Shown here: one piece after another, positions 56,017-64,000 of the stretch | Layout: every line of letters starts with the position of its first letter | Position numbering within the stretch: the stretch's first letter is position 1 | Source: a virus | Virus record (IMG/VR): IMGVR_UViG_3300021962_000046 | Location: 32,001 to 96,000 of that record | Strand: one strand, 5' to 3' | Length of the DNA: 64,000 nt | The notes under the pieces: generated by a model | What the model saw: only the letters and a program-made list of their open reading frames with translations | Told to the model about the DNA's origin: nothing | Database searches by the model: none | Program-made: the position numbers and the translations under genes

Positions 56017-59000
56017 ATGATAATAGGACAAACAAACCACAATCCAGGTTTAACACAAGCTGTAGCAGATAAAAGATATTTTTCAATATCTTCTGGAGTG
56101 ATATTATCTGGTGAATTGATAGCTGGTTCTGGATTATTTTTTAATAGTGGAAATTATGATGGTCTTTTAGATACAGTCATTTCAATATCAAGCGGTGGCA
56201 TATTAGGTTACATGCTGAATAATAATTCTATTCAAGCAGGCAACAGTAATATAACTATTGCCAGAAATTCTTCTGGAAATGTTTTAATAAGTGCGGTTGT
56301 TAGTGGAATAGGCGGTGTAAGCCAACCTTTATCTGCTTTTAACGGTTTGTCTTTTGCAAGTGGAAATTTTTATGACGGATTTTCAGGAAATTTAATTGGT
56401 TTACAGTCAGGAGGTATTGGCAGCGGACTTATTGCTAGTGGAAGTATATTAAATTATCATCTAGGATCTGGTGTAATAGTAATAAATTCTGGCAAGATAG
56501 TTTCTGGAGCCACTTTTGAATTAACTGTTGGTAGTGGACTGGCATTTGTTAATGGAAATGTTTATAACCCAAGTGTTGGCACCAATTTCATCGGAATTGC
56601 TTCTGGATTTAAATTAGTTGGATCTGGCACTATTGCTAGTGGAAATTTTGTTTCAGGTTTTGACCAAATAACAATAAACAATACCACAATAAAACTAGGT
56701 GGTTCTGGAACTATTTCTGCTTTAACACCAAATTCATTGAGTAATGGTTCAGGAATTGCTTCATTTACCTTCAATGGATCATCTGGTGCTACCGTTTCCA
56801 TAGCCTCTGGTGGCATATTAGATACCATGATAGGTTCTGGTGCTGTTACTAGCGGTCGTGTAGGAATTGGTGCTGTAAATAATTTTAATATATCTAGTGG
56901 TACTATTGCAAATGATAAACTTGCAAACTCTTCAATAACAATCAATGGATCTCAAACTGCACTTGGTGGAGCTTATAACAACGCAACATTAACATTTGGT
57001 TCTGGTCTTACTGGTGGTTCTTACAATGGTTCTGGTGCTGTTACTATTAATATTGGTTCTGGTGGTATTGTTTCTGGAATGCTTGGCAATCAAGTTGTCA
57101 ATGTAAACAACATCAATAACAATACTTTGATCAACAACCATGTTGCTAGTGGTTTATCATTCTTTGGCTCTGGTGTCGTAAATTCAGGCAGCATAGCTAG
57201 TGGGTTTAGTCTAGTTAGTTCTGGTAGTATTACTAGTGGTTCAATAGCCTCTGGTGCTACCTTTGGATTGTCTGTTGGAAGTGGATTGGCTTTTGCTAGT
57301 GGAGATATTTACAATCCAACTGCTGGAACTAATTTTATTGGAATTGCCTCTGGATTTAAACTAGTCGGTTCTGGTACTGTTACTAGTGGTTCAATAGCTT
57401 CCGGCAGCATTTCAAGTGGCTTGTTGGCTTCTGGTTTCAATCAAATCACAATTAACAACACAACAATATTATTGGGTGGTTCTGGGACTATTTCTGCTTC
57501 AACACCAAATTCATTGAGTAATGGCGTTGGAATTGAGCCATTTACTTTCAATGGATCATCTGGTGCTACTGTGGCAATAGCTTCTGGTGGTGTTACTAGT
57601 GGACTTGTTGCTTCAGGTCAAATTGGAATAAATCATCTTGCTTCTGGTGTTGTTCAAAACTTTATTAGTGGTGGCATAACAATAAATGGTGCAATTACAC
57701 CTATTGGTAGTTCTTACAATAATGCAACATTAACTATTGGTACTGGTCTTACTGGTGGCTCCTACAATGGTTCTGGAGCAGTTACAATAGCAGTTGGTTC
57801 TGGAGCTATTGTTTCTGGATTGCTTGGTAATCAAGTAGTCAATGTAAATAACATAACTAACAACACTTTGATCAACAACCATGTTGCTAGTGGTTTGACA
57901 TTTGTTGGTTCTGGGAGTGTAGTTAGTGGAAGCGTAGCTTCTGGAACAATCACAATAAACGAATTGGGATCTGGTCTTTCTCAATCAAATGCTCTTAGTT
58001 TTTCAAACTCATTTAATTTCAGTATTTCGGGAACTGCTAGTTATAATCCTCGTATTGCTTCAGGAACTTTATCGATAGCTTCTGGTGGCATAGTTTCTGG
58101 AATGCTTGGAGACAATAGTGTAATTAGTGGCAGCATAGCTTCTGGTCAAATTGGTGGTTTTCACATACTAAGTGGTCTTGTAAAAGCAGGTAGTAATGTT
58201 ACCGTTGCAGTTGACGCAACAAACACTTATACAATAAGTGCTACTGTAAGTGGTGGTTTAGCAGTAGAAGCATTAACTGTAAATAGTGGTCTTGTTTTAG
58301 CTAGTGGTACTTCTTTTAATGGTTCGATTGCAAATACTATTGGTATTGCTTCTGGTGGTGTAATATCCAATTTAATAGCCGATAATGCAATTACAACTAG
58401 CAAGGTAGCCTCTGGTGCTATTGGAACCAACGAAATAGCTAGTGGTTCAGTAACAGCAAATCATATTGCTTCAGGCGCAATTATCTCTGTTGACATTGCT
58501 GACAATGCTGTTGTAAGTGGAAAAATAGCATCTTTTGCAATAATAAACGATAACATTTCTAGTGGAACAATTGCTAATGACAAATTAGTAAATTCTTCAA
58601 TAACAATCAATGGTGCTTCAACTGCACTAGGTGCTGCTTATAACAACGCAACACTAACAATTGGCACAGGTTTAACTGGTGGATCTTATAATGGTTCTGG
58701 TGCTGTAACTATAGCCATTGGTTCTGGTGGTGTTACTAGTGGTCTTATTGCTTCAGGTCAAATTGGAATAAATCATCTTGCCTCTGGTGTTGTTCAAAAC
58801 TTCATTAGTGGTGGAATCACAATCAATGGTGCAGTAACACCTATTGGCAGTTCCTATAACAATTCAACATTAACAATCGGTACTGGTCTTACTGGTGGTT
58901 CATATAATGGTTCAGGTGCTGTAACCATCGCTATTGGTTCTGGTGCCATCGTAAGTGGATTGCTTGGAAGTGGATCAGTCGTAGTTAACAATATAGGTTC

Positions 59001-60840
59001 TGGTCAATTAATTAACGATCACATTGCGAGTGGTTTGACATTTGTTGGTTCTGGTAGTGTAGTTAGTGGAAGCGTGGCTTCTGGAACAATCACAATATAC
59101 AATATAGGTTCTGGTCTTACACTAGTTGGTTCTGGAAGTATATTATCTGGAACACTTGCTCCTGGTGCTACTTTTGAATTAAGTGTTGGTAGCGGATTAG
59201 CTTTTGGTAGTGGAAATGTTTTCAATCCTAGTGTTGGAAATAACTTTATTGGTATTTCTTCTGGTGGTATTGTACCAAACCATATAGGTTCTGGATTTGC
59301 ACTAGTTGGTTCTGGCACGATAGTAATCAACAACATATCGTCTGGGTTCACACTTGTTGGTTCAGGTAGTGTAATTAGTGGAAGCGTGGCTTCTGGAACA
59401 ATCACGATAAATGAGTTGGGATCTGGTCTTTATCAATTAAATGATCTTAGTTTTTCAAACTCATTTAATTTCAGTATATCTGGATCTACTAGTTATAATC
59501 CTCGTAGTGCTTCAGGGACTTTATCTATAGCTTCTGGGGGTATTACTTCAGGAATGCTTGGAGATAATGTTGTAAATGTAAACAATATAGGTTCTGGTCA
59601 AGTAATAAACAATCATATTGCTAGTGGATTGAAATTCGTCGGTTCTGGCTCCGTAATAAGTGGAAGTATTGCTTCTGGAACAGTAACAATAAATGAAATA
59701 GCTTCTGGTGCTGTGCTTGCAAACAATCTAAGTTTCTCCAGCAGTTTTCAATTTGCAACTGTTTCTGGCACTATTGGCTACAATCCGTTGGCTGCTTCTG
59801 GAAGTCTTGCGATTGCAACTGCTGGTATTACTAGTGGTTTAATCGGTAGCGATGCTGTTTTGAGTGGAAATGTTGGTTCTGGGCAGATTGTTGGTTGGCA
59901 TATTGCTAGTGGTCTTGTAAAAGCTGGTAGTAATGTTACTGTTTCTGTTGATGGAAATAATACATACACAATAGATGCCACTATAAGCGGTGGTGTTGCC
60001 ATAGCAAGGCTAAATGTAAATAGTGGTCTTGTTTTAGCTAGCGGTACTTTTTTTAATGGGAATTCAGAAAATACGATAGGACTCGCTTCTGGTGGTGTCG
60101 TATTAAACAATATTGCTAGTGGTTTTACCCTAGTTGGTTCTGGTTCAGTAATTAGTGGTAGCATCGCTTCTGGTACGATCACAATAAATGAATTAGTTTC
60201 TGGAACACTATTTAATGTTCGTGATGCAGCAAGCGGAAGACTTATAACGAGTTTACAATCTGGAACCAATAATGCACAAGCCCATTCCGGCTTAACATAT
60301 GATGGGCAATTATTAAAACTTATATCTACTAGTGGTGGTGCAAATGTAATACAGGTCGAAGGCGTAAATGGCAATCTACTAACAATAACAGACAATCCTA
60401 CTGGGAGTATTTTATCTGTAGAGGATATTAGCAACAATCCTATATTTGTGGTCAATTCAGAAGGTGATAGGGGTTACACAAGTACTTTTTCTGCTTTTAA
60501 AACAGGCATTACTGGAAGTGGTGAAATATTCAAAGTGCCTACCTCTGCTGGCAATGCAATTTATTATGATTATTATTTGATTAGTACAACAGGATCTCAG
60601 AGAGCAGGTAGTGTTGTTGCAACATGGATTTATAATGTAGTTTCTGGTGCTTTGACAGCATCAGGAATAGTGTATACAGATACAAGTACTGTTGATTTAA
60701 ATGGCGATACATCTTCAATAAATTTGAATCCTTTATTTACAAATTATTCTGGAAACATAAATTCTGGTTATATTTCTCTTTTTGCAAACATTGTTGATGC
60801 AACGACTTGGACAATAAAAATTGGAGCAAGAGTGATCTAA
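56017..60840 (+). CDS. Large Ser/Gly-rich repeat fibre protein
   Basis: 1607 aa built of IASG/VxSG pentapeptide-like repeats, LANSSITING and GLTGGSYNGSGAVTI modules. Confidence 0.75.
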   Translation: MIIGQTNHNPGLTQAVADKRYFSISSGVILSGELIAGSGLFFNSGNYDGLLDTVISISSGGILGYMLNNNSIQAGNSNITIARNSSGNVLISAVVSGIGGVSQPLSAFNGLSFASGNFYDGFSGNLIGLQSGGIGSGLIASGSILNYHLGSGVIVINSGKIVSGATFELTVGSGLAFVNGNVYNPSVGTNFIGIASGFKLVGSGTIASGNFVSGFDQITINNTTIKLGGSGTISALTPNSLSNGSGIASFTFNGSSGATVSIASGGILDTMIGSGAVTSGRVGIGAVNNFNISSGTIANDKLANSSITINGSQTALGGAYNNATLTFGSGLTGGSYNGSGAVTINIGSGGIVSGMLGNQVVNVNNINNNTLINNHVASGLSFFGSGVVNSGSIASGFSLVSSGSITSGSIASGATFGLSVGSGLAFASGDIYNPTAGTNFIGIASGFKLVGSGTVTSGSIASGSISSGLLASGFNQITINNTTILLGGSGTISASTPNSLSNGVGIEPFTFNGSSGATVAIASGGVTSGLVASGQIGINHLASGVVQNFISGGITINGAITPIGSSYNNATLTIGTGLTGGSYNGSGAVTIAVGSGAIVSGLLGNQVVNVNNITNNTLINNHVASGLTFVGSGSVVSGSVASGTITINELGSGLSQSNALSFSNSFNFSISGTASYNPRIASGTLSIASGGIVSGMLGDNSVISGSIASGQIGGFHILSGLVKAGSNVTVAVDATNTYTISATVSGGLAVEALTVNSGLVLASGTSFNGSIANTIGIASGGVISNLIADNAITTSKVASGAIGTNEIASGSVTANHIASGAIISVDIADNAVVSGKIASFAIINDNISSGTIANDKLVNSSITINGASTALGAAYNNATLTIGTGLTGGSYNGSGAVTIAIGSGGVTSGLIASGQIGINHLASGVVQNFISGGITINGAVTPIGSSYNNSTLTIGTGLTGGSYNGSGAVTIAIGSGAIVSGLLGSGSVVVNNIGSGQLINDHIASGLTFVGSGSVVSGSVASGTITIYNIGSGLTLVGSGSILSGTLAPGATFELSVGSGLAFGSGNVFNPSVGNNFIGISSGGIVPNHIGSGFALVGSGTIVINNISSGFTLVGSGSVISGSVASGTITINELGSGLYQLNDLSFSNSFNFSISGSTSYNPRSASGTLSIASGGITSGMLGDNVVNVNNIGSGQVINNHIASGLKFVGSGSVISGSIASGTVTINEIASGAVLANNLSFSSSFQFATVSGTIGYNPLAASGSLAIATAGITSGLIGSDAVLSGNVGSGQIVGWHIASGLVKAGSNVTVSVDGNNTYTIDATISGGVAIARLNVNSGLVLASGTFFNGNSENTIGLASGGVVLNNIASGFTLVGSGSVISGSIASGTITINELVSGTLFNVRDAASGRLITSLQSGTNNAQAHSGLTYDGQLLKLISTSGGANVIQVEGVNGNLLTITDNPTGSILSVEDISNNPIFVVNSEGDRGYTSTFSAFKTGITGSGEIFKVPTSAGNAIYYDYYLISTTGSQRAGSVVATWIYNVVSGALTASGIVYTDTSTVDLNGDTSSINLNPLFTNYSGNINSGYISLFANIVDATTWTIKIGARVI

Positions 60841-62603
60841 TGGTTGTTACAGTACGGGGCAGAGGTGTATTTAGAGGAAATCACACAATTACACCAATAC
60901 TTCCTCCATTTATTCCAACTAGTACAACAACTACATCTACAACGACTAGTACTACAACACCCACACCTACAACAACAACTACTACTACTAGCACATCAAC
61001 AACGACAACTACTAGTACTAGTACCACTACATCTACAACGACTAGTACTACAACACCCACACCTACTACGACAACAACTACTAGTACAAGCACATCAACA
61101 ACTACTAGTACAAGCACATCAACAACTACTAGTACAAGCACAACAACGACAGGTGCGCCTTCTCCTGTAGATCCTACTCTGCAAATCTGGTATGATGGAT
61201 CAGATGTAAATCAATTCGTTCCTTCGCCAACAAATGGTTCAACTATTACGCAATGGAAAGACAAGTCTGCTGCTGCTCACAATGCAAATTCATCCGGGGG
61301 TGCTTCAACAAGGCCGATATATAACACAAACATACAAAACAGTTTGTCAGCGGTAAATTTTGATGGTGTGGCCAGAAAAGCTACTATAAATCCTTTTAAT
61401 GATTTGCGAAATTTATCACAAGCAACATTAATATGGGTTGGAAAAACGACAAATGCCTCTGCAACACAGCAAATGGCTCAGATGGGCATAGGAAGCACGA
61501 TTGTAAATGACTTCGGTTTAAGCACTTCAGCAAATAAATTTAATATTTCAATGGCTGGTGGTTTAGCTGTATCAGATTATACTACAAACACGACTTTCCA
61601 TATTCACACAGTTTTATATGATGGAACACAATCTACAAATGCAGAAAAATTAATCTATAGAATTGATGGTGTACAAAGAACACTAACATTCAGTTCAAAT
61701 ATTGGAACGCTAACTTCATCCTCAACAGATATTATGTATCTTGGATGTACTGCTTCAGAAACCAACTTCTTTACTGGATATATGGGCGAAGTTTTGATTT
61801 ACACAACAAAACTTACAAGCCAACAAATATTCAGTACTGAGGGATGGTTGGCAACAAAATGGAATATAAGCACTACCACCACTACGACAACTACCACAAC
61901 TACCACTACTACCACTACGACAACTACACCATCACCAGTCTCAACAAATTTAGTGTTGTACTATGATCCAAGCAATAGTTCTAGCTATCCTGGTTCTGGA
62001 ACAACCATAAATGATTTATCAGGAAATAATTTGAATGGAACCTTGTCTAATATTACATTCACAAATCCCTATTTTTCATTAAATGGTTCTTCTTCACAAG
62101 TCGGTAGAGCAGATAGTGCCTTGCTTGAACCGGGTACAGGCGATTGGACTATGGAAGCATGGGCATATTTTAATAACTTTGCTACGAGTACTGTTGTTGT
62201 GGGTAAATTCAATCCGGGGGGTGTTAGTGCCAATGTTTCTTATTCTATTCGCACAACCACATCTGGTGGTTTGTTTGCCCAATATGGAAATGGAATTACA
62301 ATTGTAAATTCTGTTAATTATACGCTTTCTACAAATCAATGGTATCATATTGTTTTTGTTTGGACTAATATTGCTGAAAACACTATTAAATTGTATATTA
62401 ATGGTGTTTATCAATCTCAAGCTACACATACTTTTACAAGTTTATTAAACACTACGACAGGACTTTATTTAGGGTCATACAATAATGGTGAATACGCACA
62501 ATATTTAAATGGAAGACTAGGAATAGTAAGATTGTACAACATAGCACTATCAGCTAGCGAAGTTACACAGAATTATCAGAGTTCTTACTTAAAATATACA
62601 TAA
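60840..62603 (+). CDS. Fibre/adhesin with mucin-like Thr tracts and two LamG/ConA-like lectin domains
   Basis: TAATG overlap start; LQIWYDGSD...WKDKS and LVLYYDP..SSYPGSG...WTMEAW...WYHIV...LYING...RLYNIALS domains. Confidence 0.8.
   Translation: MVVTVRGRGVFRGNHTITPILPPFIPTSTTTTSTTTSTTTPTPTTTTTTTSTSTTTTTSTSTTTSTTTSTTTPTPTTTTTTSTSTSTTTSTSTSTTTSTSTTTTGAPSPVDPTLQIWYDGSDVNQFVPSPTNGSTITQWKDKSAAAHNANSSGGASTRPIYNTNIQNSLSAVNFDGVARKATINPFNDLRNLSQATLIWVGKTTNASATQQMAQMGIGSTIVNDFGLSTSANKFNISMAGGLAVSDYTTNTTFHIHTVLYDGTQSTNAEKLIYRIDGVQRTLTFSSNIGTLTSSSTDIMYLGCTASETNFFTGYMGEVLIYTTKLTSQQIFSTEGWLATKWNISTTTTTTTTTTTTTTTTTTTPSPVSTNLVLYYDPSNSSSYPGSGTTINDLSGNNLNGTLSNITFTNPYFSLNGSSSQVGRADSALLEPGTGDWTMEAWAYFNNFATSTVVVGKFNPGGVSANVSYSIRTTTSGGLFAQYGNGITIVNSVNYTLSTNQWYHIVFVWTNIAENTIKLYINGVYQSQATHTFTSLLNTTTGLYLGSYNNGEYAQYLNGRLGIVRLYNIALSASEVTQNYQSSYLKYT
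60919..61150 (+). repeat. Thr/Ser-coding tandem and direct repeats
   Basis: 41-bp direct repeat at 60930-60970 and 61026-61066; 24-bp tandem unit actagtacaagcacatcaacaact from 61080. Confidence 0.85.
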
Positions 62604-62683
62604 TTTTTTAATGAGGAAGTAAAAAATAGAATGTTTTAATAAAAGATTCGACAAAATAAGATAAATATTGAAAAGGTGATAGC

Positions 62684-64000
62684 ATGGCACATGAATTTGT
62701 ATCAAGAAATGGTATAGTAATAGAAAATAATGGATTATTAAAATTTACTACATCTGGTAGTGTTAATACAGTAAATTTACAAGCACCAGAAGGTGCTGCG
62801 AGTGGTAATTATACACTAATACTTCCTAGTTTCTTAGGTGGAAGTGGACAAACTTTAAAATTACAGAATGGGGTATTGAATTTTTCTAGTGTGCTATCTT
62901 CTGGAGATGTTAGTTCAGGATACATTGGAAACAATGCAGTATTAAGTGGCAGCATTGCATCCGGGCAGATTACTGGTTTTCATATTGTTAGTGGTTTTAT
63001 AACCGCTGGTTCAAACACCTCCGTAACTTATGCTAATGGTAATTACACAATAAATGCTACAGTAAGTGGTGGTGTAGCAGTAGAAGCATTAACTGTAACT
63101 AGTGGTCTTGTTCTGGCTAGTGGTACTTCTTTTAATGGTTCGATTGCAAACACTATCGGAATAGCATCTGGTGGAGTAATATCGAATTTAATAGCCGATA
63201 ATGCTGTTGTGTCTGGCAAGGTAGCTTCCGGTTCTATCGGAACCAATGAAATAGCCAGCGGTTCAGTAACAGCAAATCATATTGCTTCAGGCGCAATCAT
63301 TGCTGTTGACATCGCTGACAATGCTGTTGTAAGCGGAAAAATAGCAAATTTTGCAATAATAAACGATAATATTACTAGTGGAACTATTGCTAATGATAAA
63401 TTAGCAAACTCTTCAATATCAATCAATGGTGCTAGTACTGCACTAGGCGCATCTTATAACAACGCAGCACTAACCATTGGTGCTGGTCTTACTGGTGGGT
63501 CTTACAACGGTTCTGGTGCTGTTACTATAGCTCTTGCTTCTGGTGGTGTTGTACCAAACAACATAGGTTCAGGATTTGCTCTAGTTGGTTCTGGAACAAT
63601 TGTAATTAACAATATAGCATCTGGTTTTACACTTGTTGGTTCTGGTTCAGTAGTTAGTGGAAGTATAGCATCTGGCTCAATTACAATCAATGAATTAGTA
63701 TCTGGAACAGTATTTACTGTTTTAAATGCAGCAAGTGGCAGAGTAATAACCAGTCTTGTGTCCGGTAGTAATACTGCTCAAGCACAGTCAAATATTACAT
63801 ATGATGGCTCAAATTTTAGTATCAATTCAACTACCAGCGGGGCTTTAGCTTTTAGTGTAAACACATCATCTGGTTCTATACCAACAGTATTTGCTGTATC
63901 AACAGAAGGATATATAAAAACTAATTCAGCTTTATATTCAGGACAAACTACTACATTTAACCCTATTTTACTCAGAAAAACAGCTGGGGATTCTGCTTTC
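62684..64000 (+). CDS. Second Ser/Gly-rich repeat fibre protein (3'-truncated; not in the ORF track)
   Basis: ATG at 62684 (MAHEFVSRNG...) with AAGGTG SD; reads as coding towards the window end and shares repeat modules with 56017..60840. Confidence 0.8.
   Translation, partial: MAHEFVSRNGIVIENNGLLKFTTSGSVNTVNLQAPEGAASGNYTLILPSFLGGSGQTLKLQNGVLNFSSVLSSGDVSSGYIGNNAVLSGSIASGQITGFHIVSGFITAGSNTSVTYANGNYTINATVSGGVAVEALTVTSGLVLASGTSFNGSIANTIGIASGGVISNLIADNAVVSGKVASGSIGTNEIASGSVTANHIASGAIIAVDIADNAVVSGKIANFAIINDNITSGTIANDKLANSSISINGASTALGASYNNAALTIGAGLTGGSYNGSGAVTIALASGGVVPNNIGSGFALVGSGTIVINNIASGFTLVGSGSVVSGSIASGSITINELVSGTVFTVLNAASGRVITSLVSGSNTAQAQSNITYDGSNFSINSTTSGALAFSVNTSSGSIPTVFAVSTEGYIKTNSALYSGQTTTFNPILLRKTAGDSAF

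Noticed and set aside
60919-61150. Repeats considered as a CRISPR array
   Set aside because: In-frame coding repeats with no unique spacers and no cas genes.
60844-61170. Poly-Val and Gln/Leu-rich ORFs in alternative frames
   Set aside because: Shadows of the Thr-codon repeats.
1-64000. Alternative genetic code, tRNA genes, or a DGR/reverse transcriptase diversifying the fibres
   Set aside because: Genes are intact under code 11 with all three stops used. No tRNA cloverleaf or RT motif was seen by eye, and repeat differences are mostly synonymous rather than adenine-specific.

Overview
AT-rich, densely coding 64-kb segment of a large (probably jumbo) T4-superfamily myovirus genome, read in the standard genetic code. 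No rRNA, tRNA or CRISPR array was seen. Left to right: the end of a fibre-like gene; a GT2 glycosyltransferase/SAM-methyltransferase cluster; a Ski2/Hel308-like helicase; an amidoligase; an acyl carrier protein; a minus-strand replication/recombination operon (compact PolA, sigma-like protein, DnaB/gp41 helicase, UvsY-like, dCMP deaminase, gp32-like SSB, intein-containing RecA/UvsX); UvsW and Dda helicases; gp47/gp46; class II RNR; GATase; resolvase; a MoxR-vWA pair; a gp26-like tail/baseplate chaperone; a gp55-like late sigma; two tail tubes, sheath and neck proteins; and long repeat-rich fibre/lectin genes. The best leads are: (1) a ~400-nt multi-hairpin non-coding element directly upstream of a thumb-less, exonuclease-degenerate PolA; (2) an unannotated -1 programmed frameshift (slippery heptamer plus candidate pseudoknot) fusing the gp26-like gene to a gp51-like ORF; (3) about ten scattered proteins sharing a T4-type capsid-targeting N-terminus, one with a kinase fold; (4) an apparently split late sigma factor; (5) host-type cargo (ACP, a secreted CAP-like protein) that hints at a Planctomycetota host. 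All family assignments come from motif recognition by eye; no database search was run.
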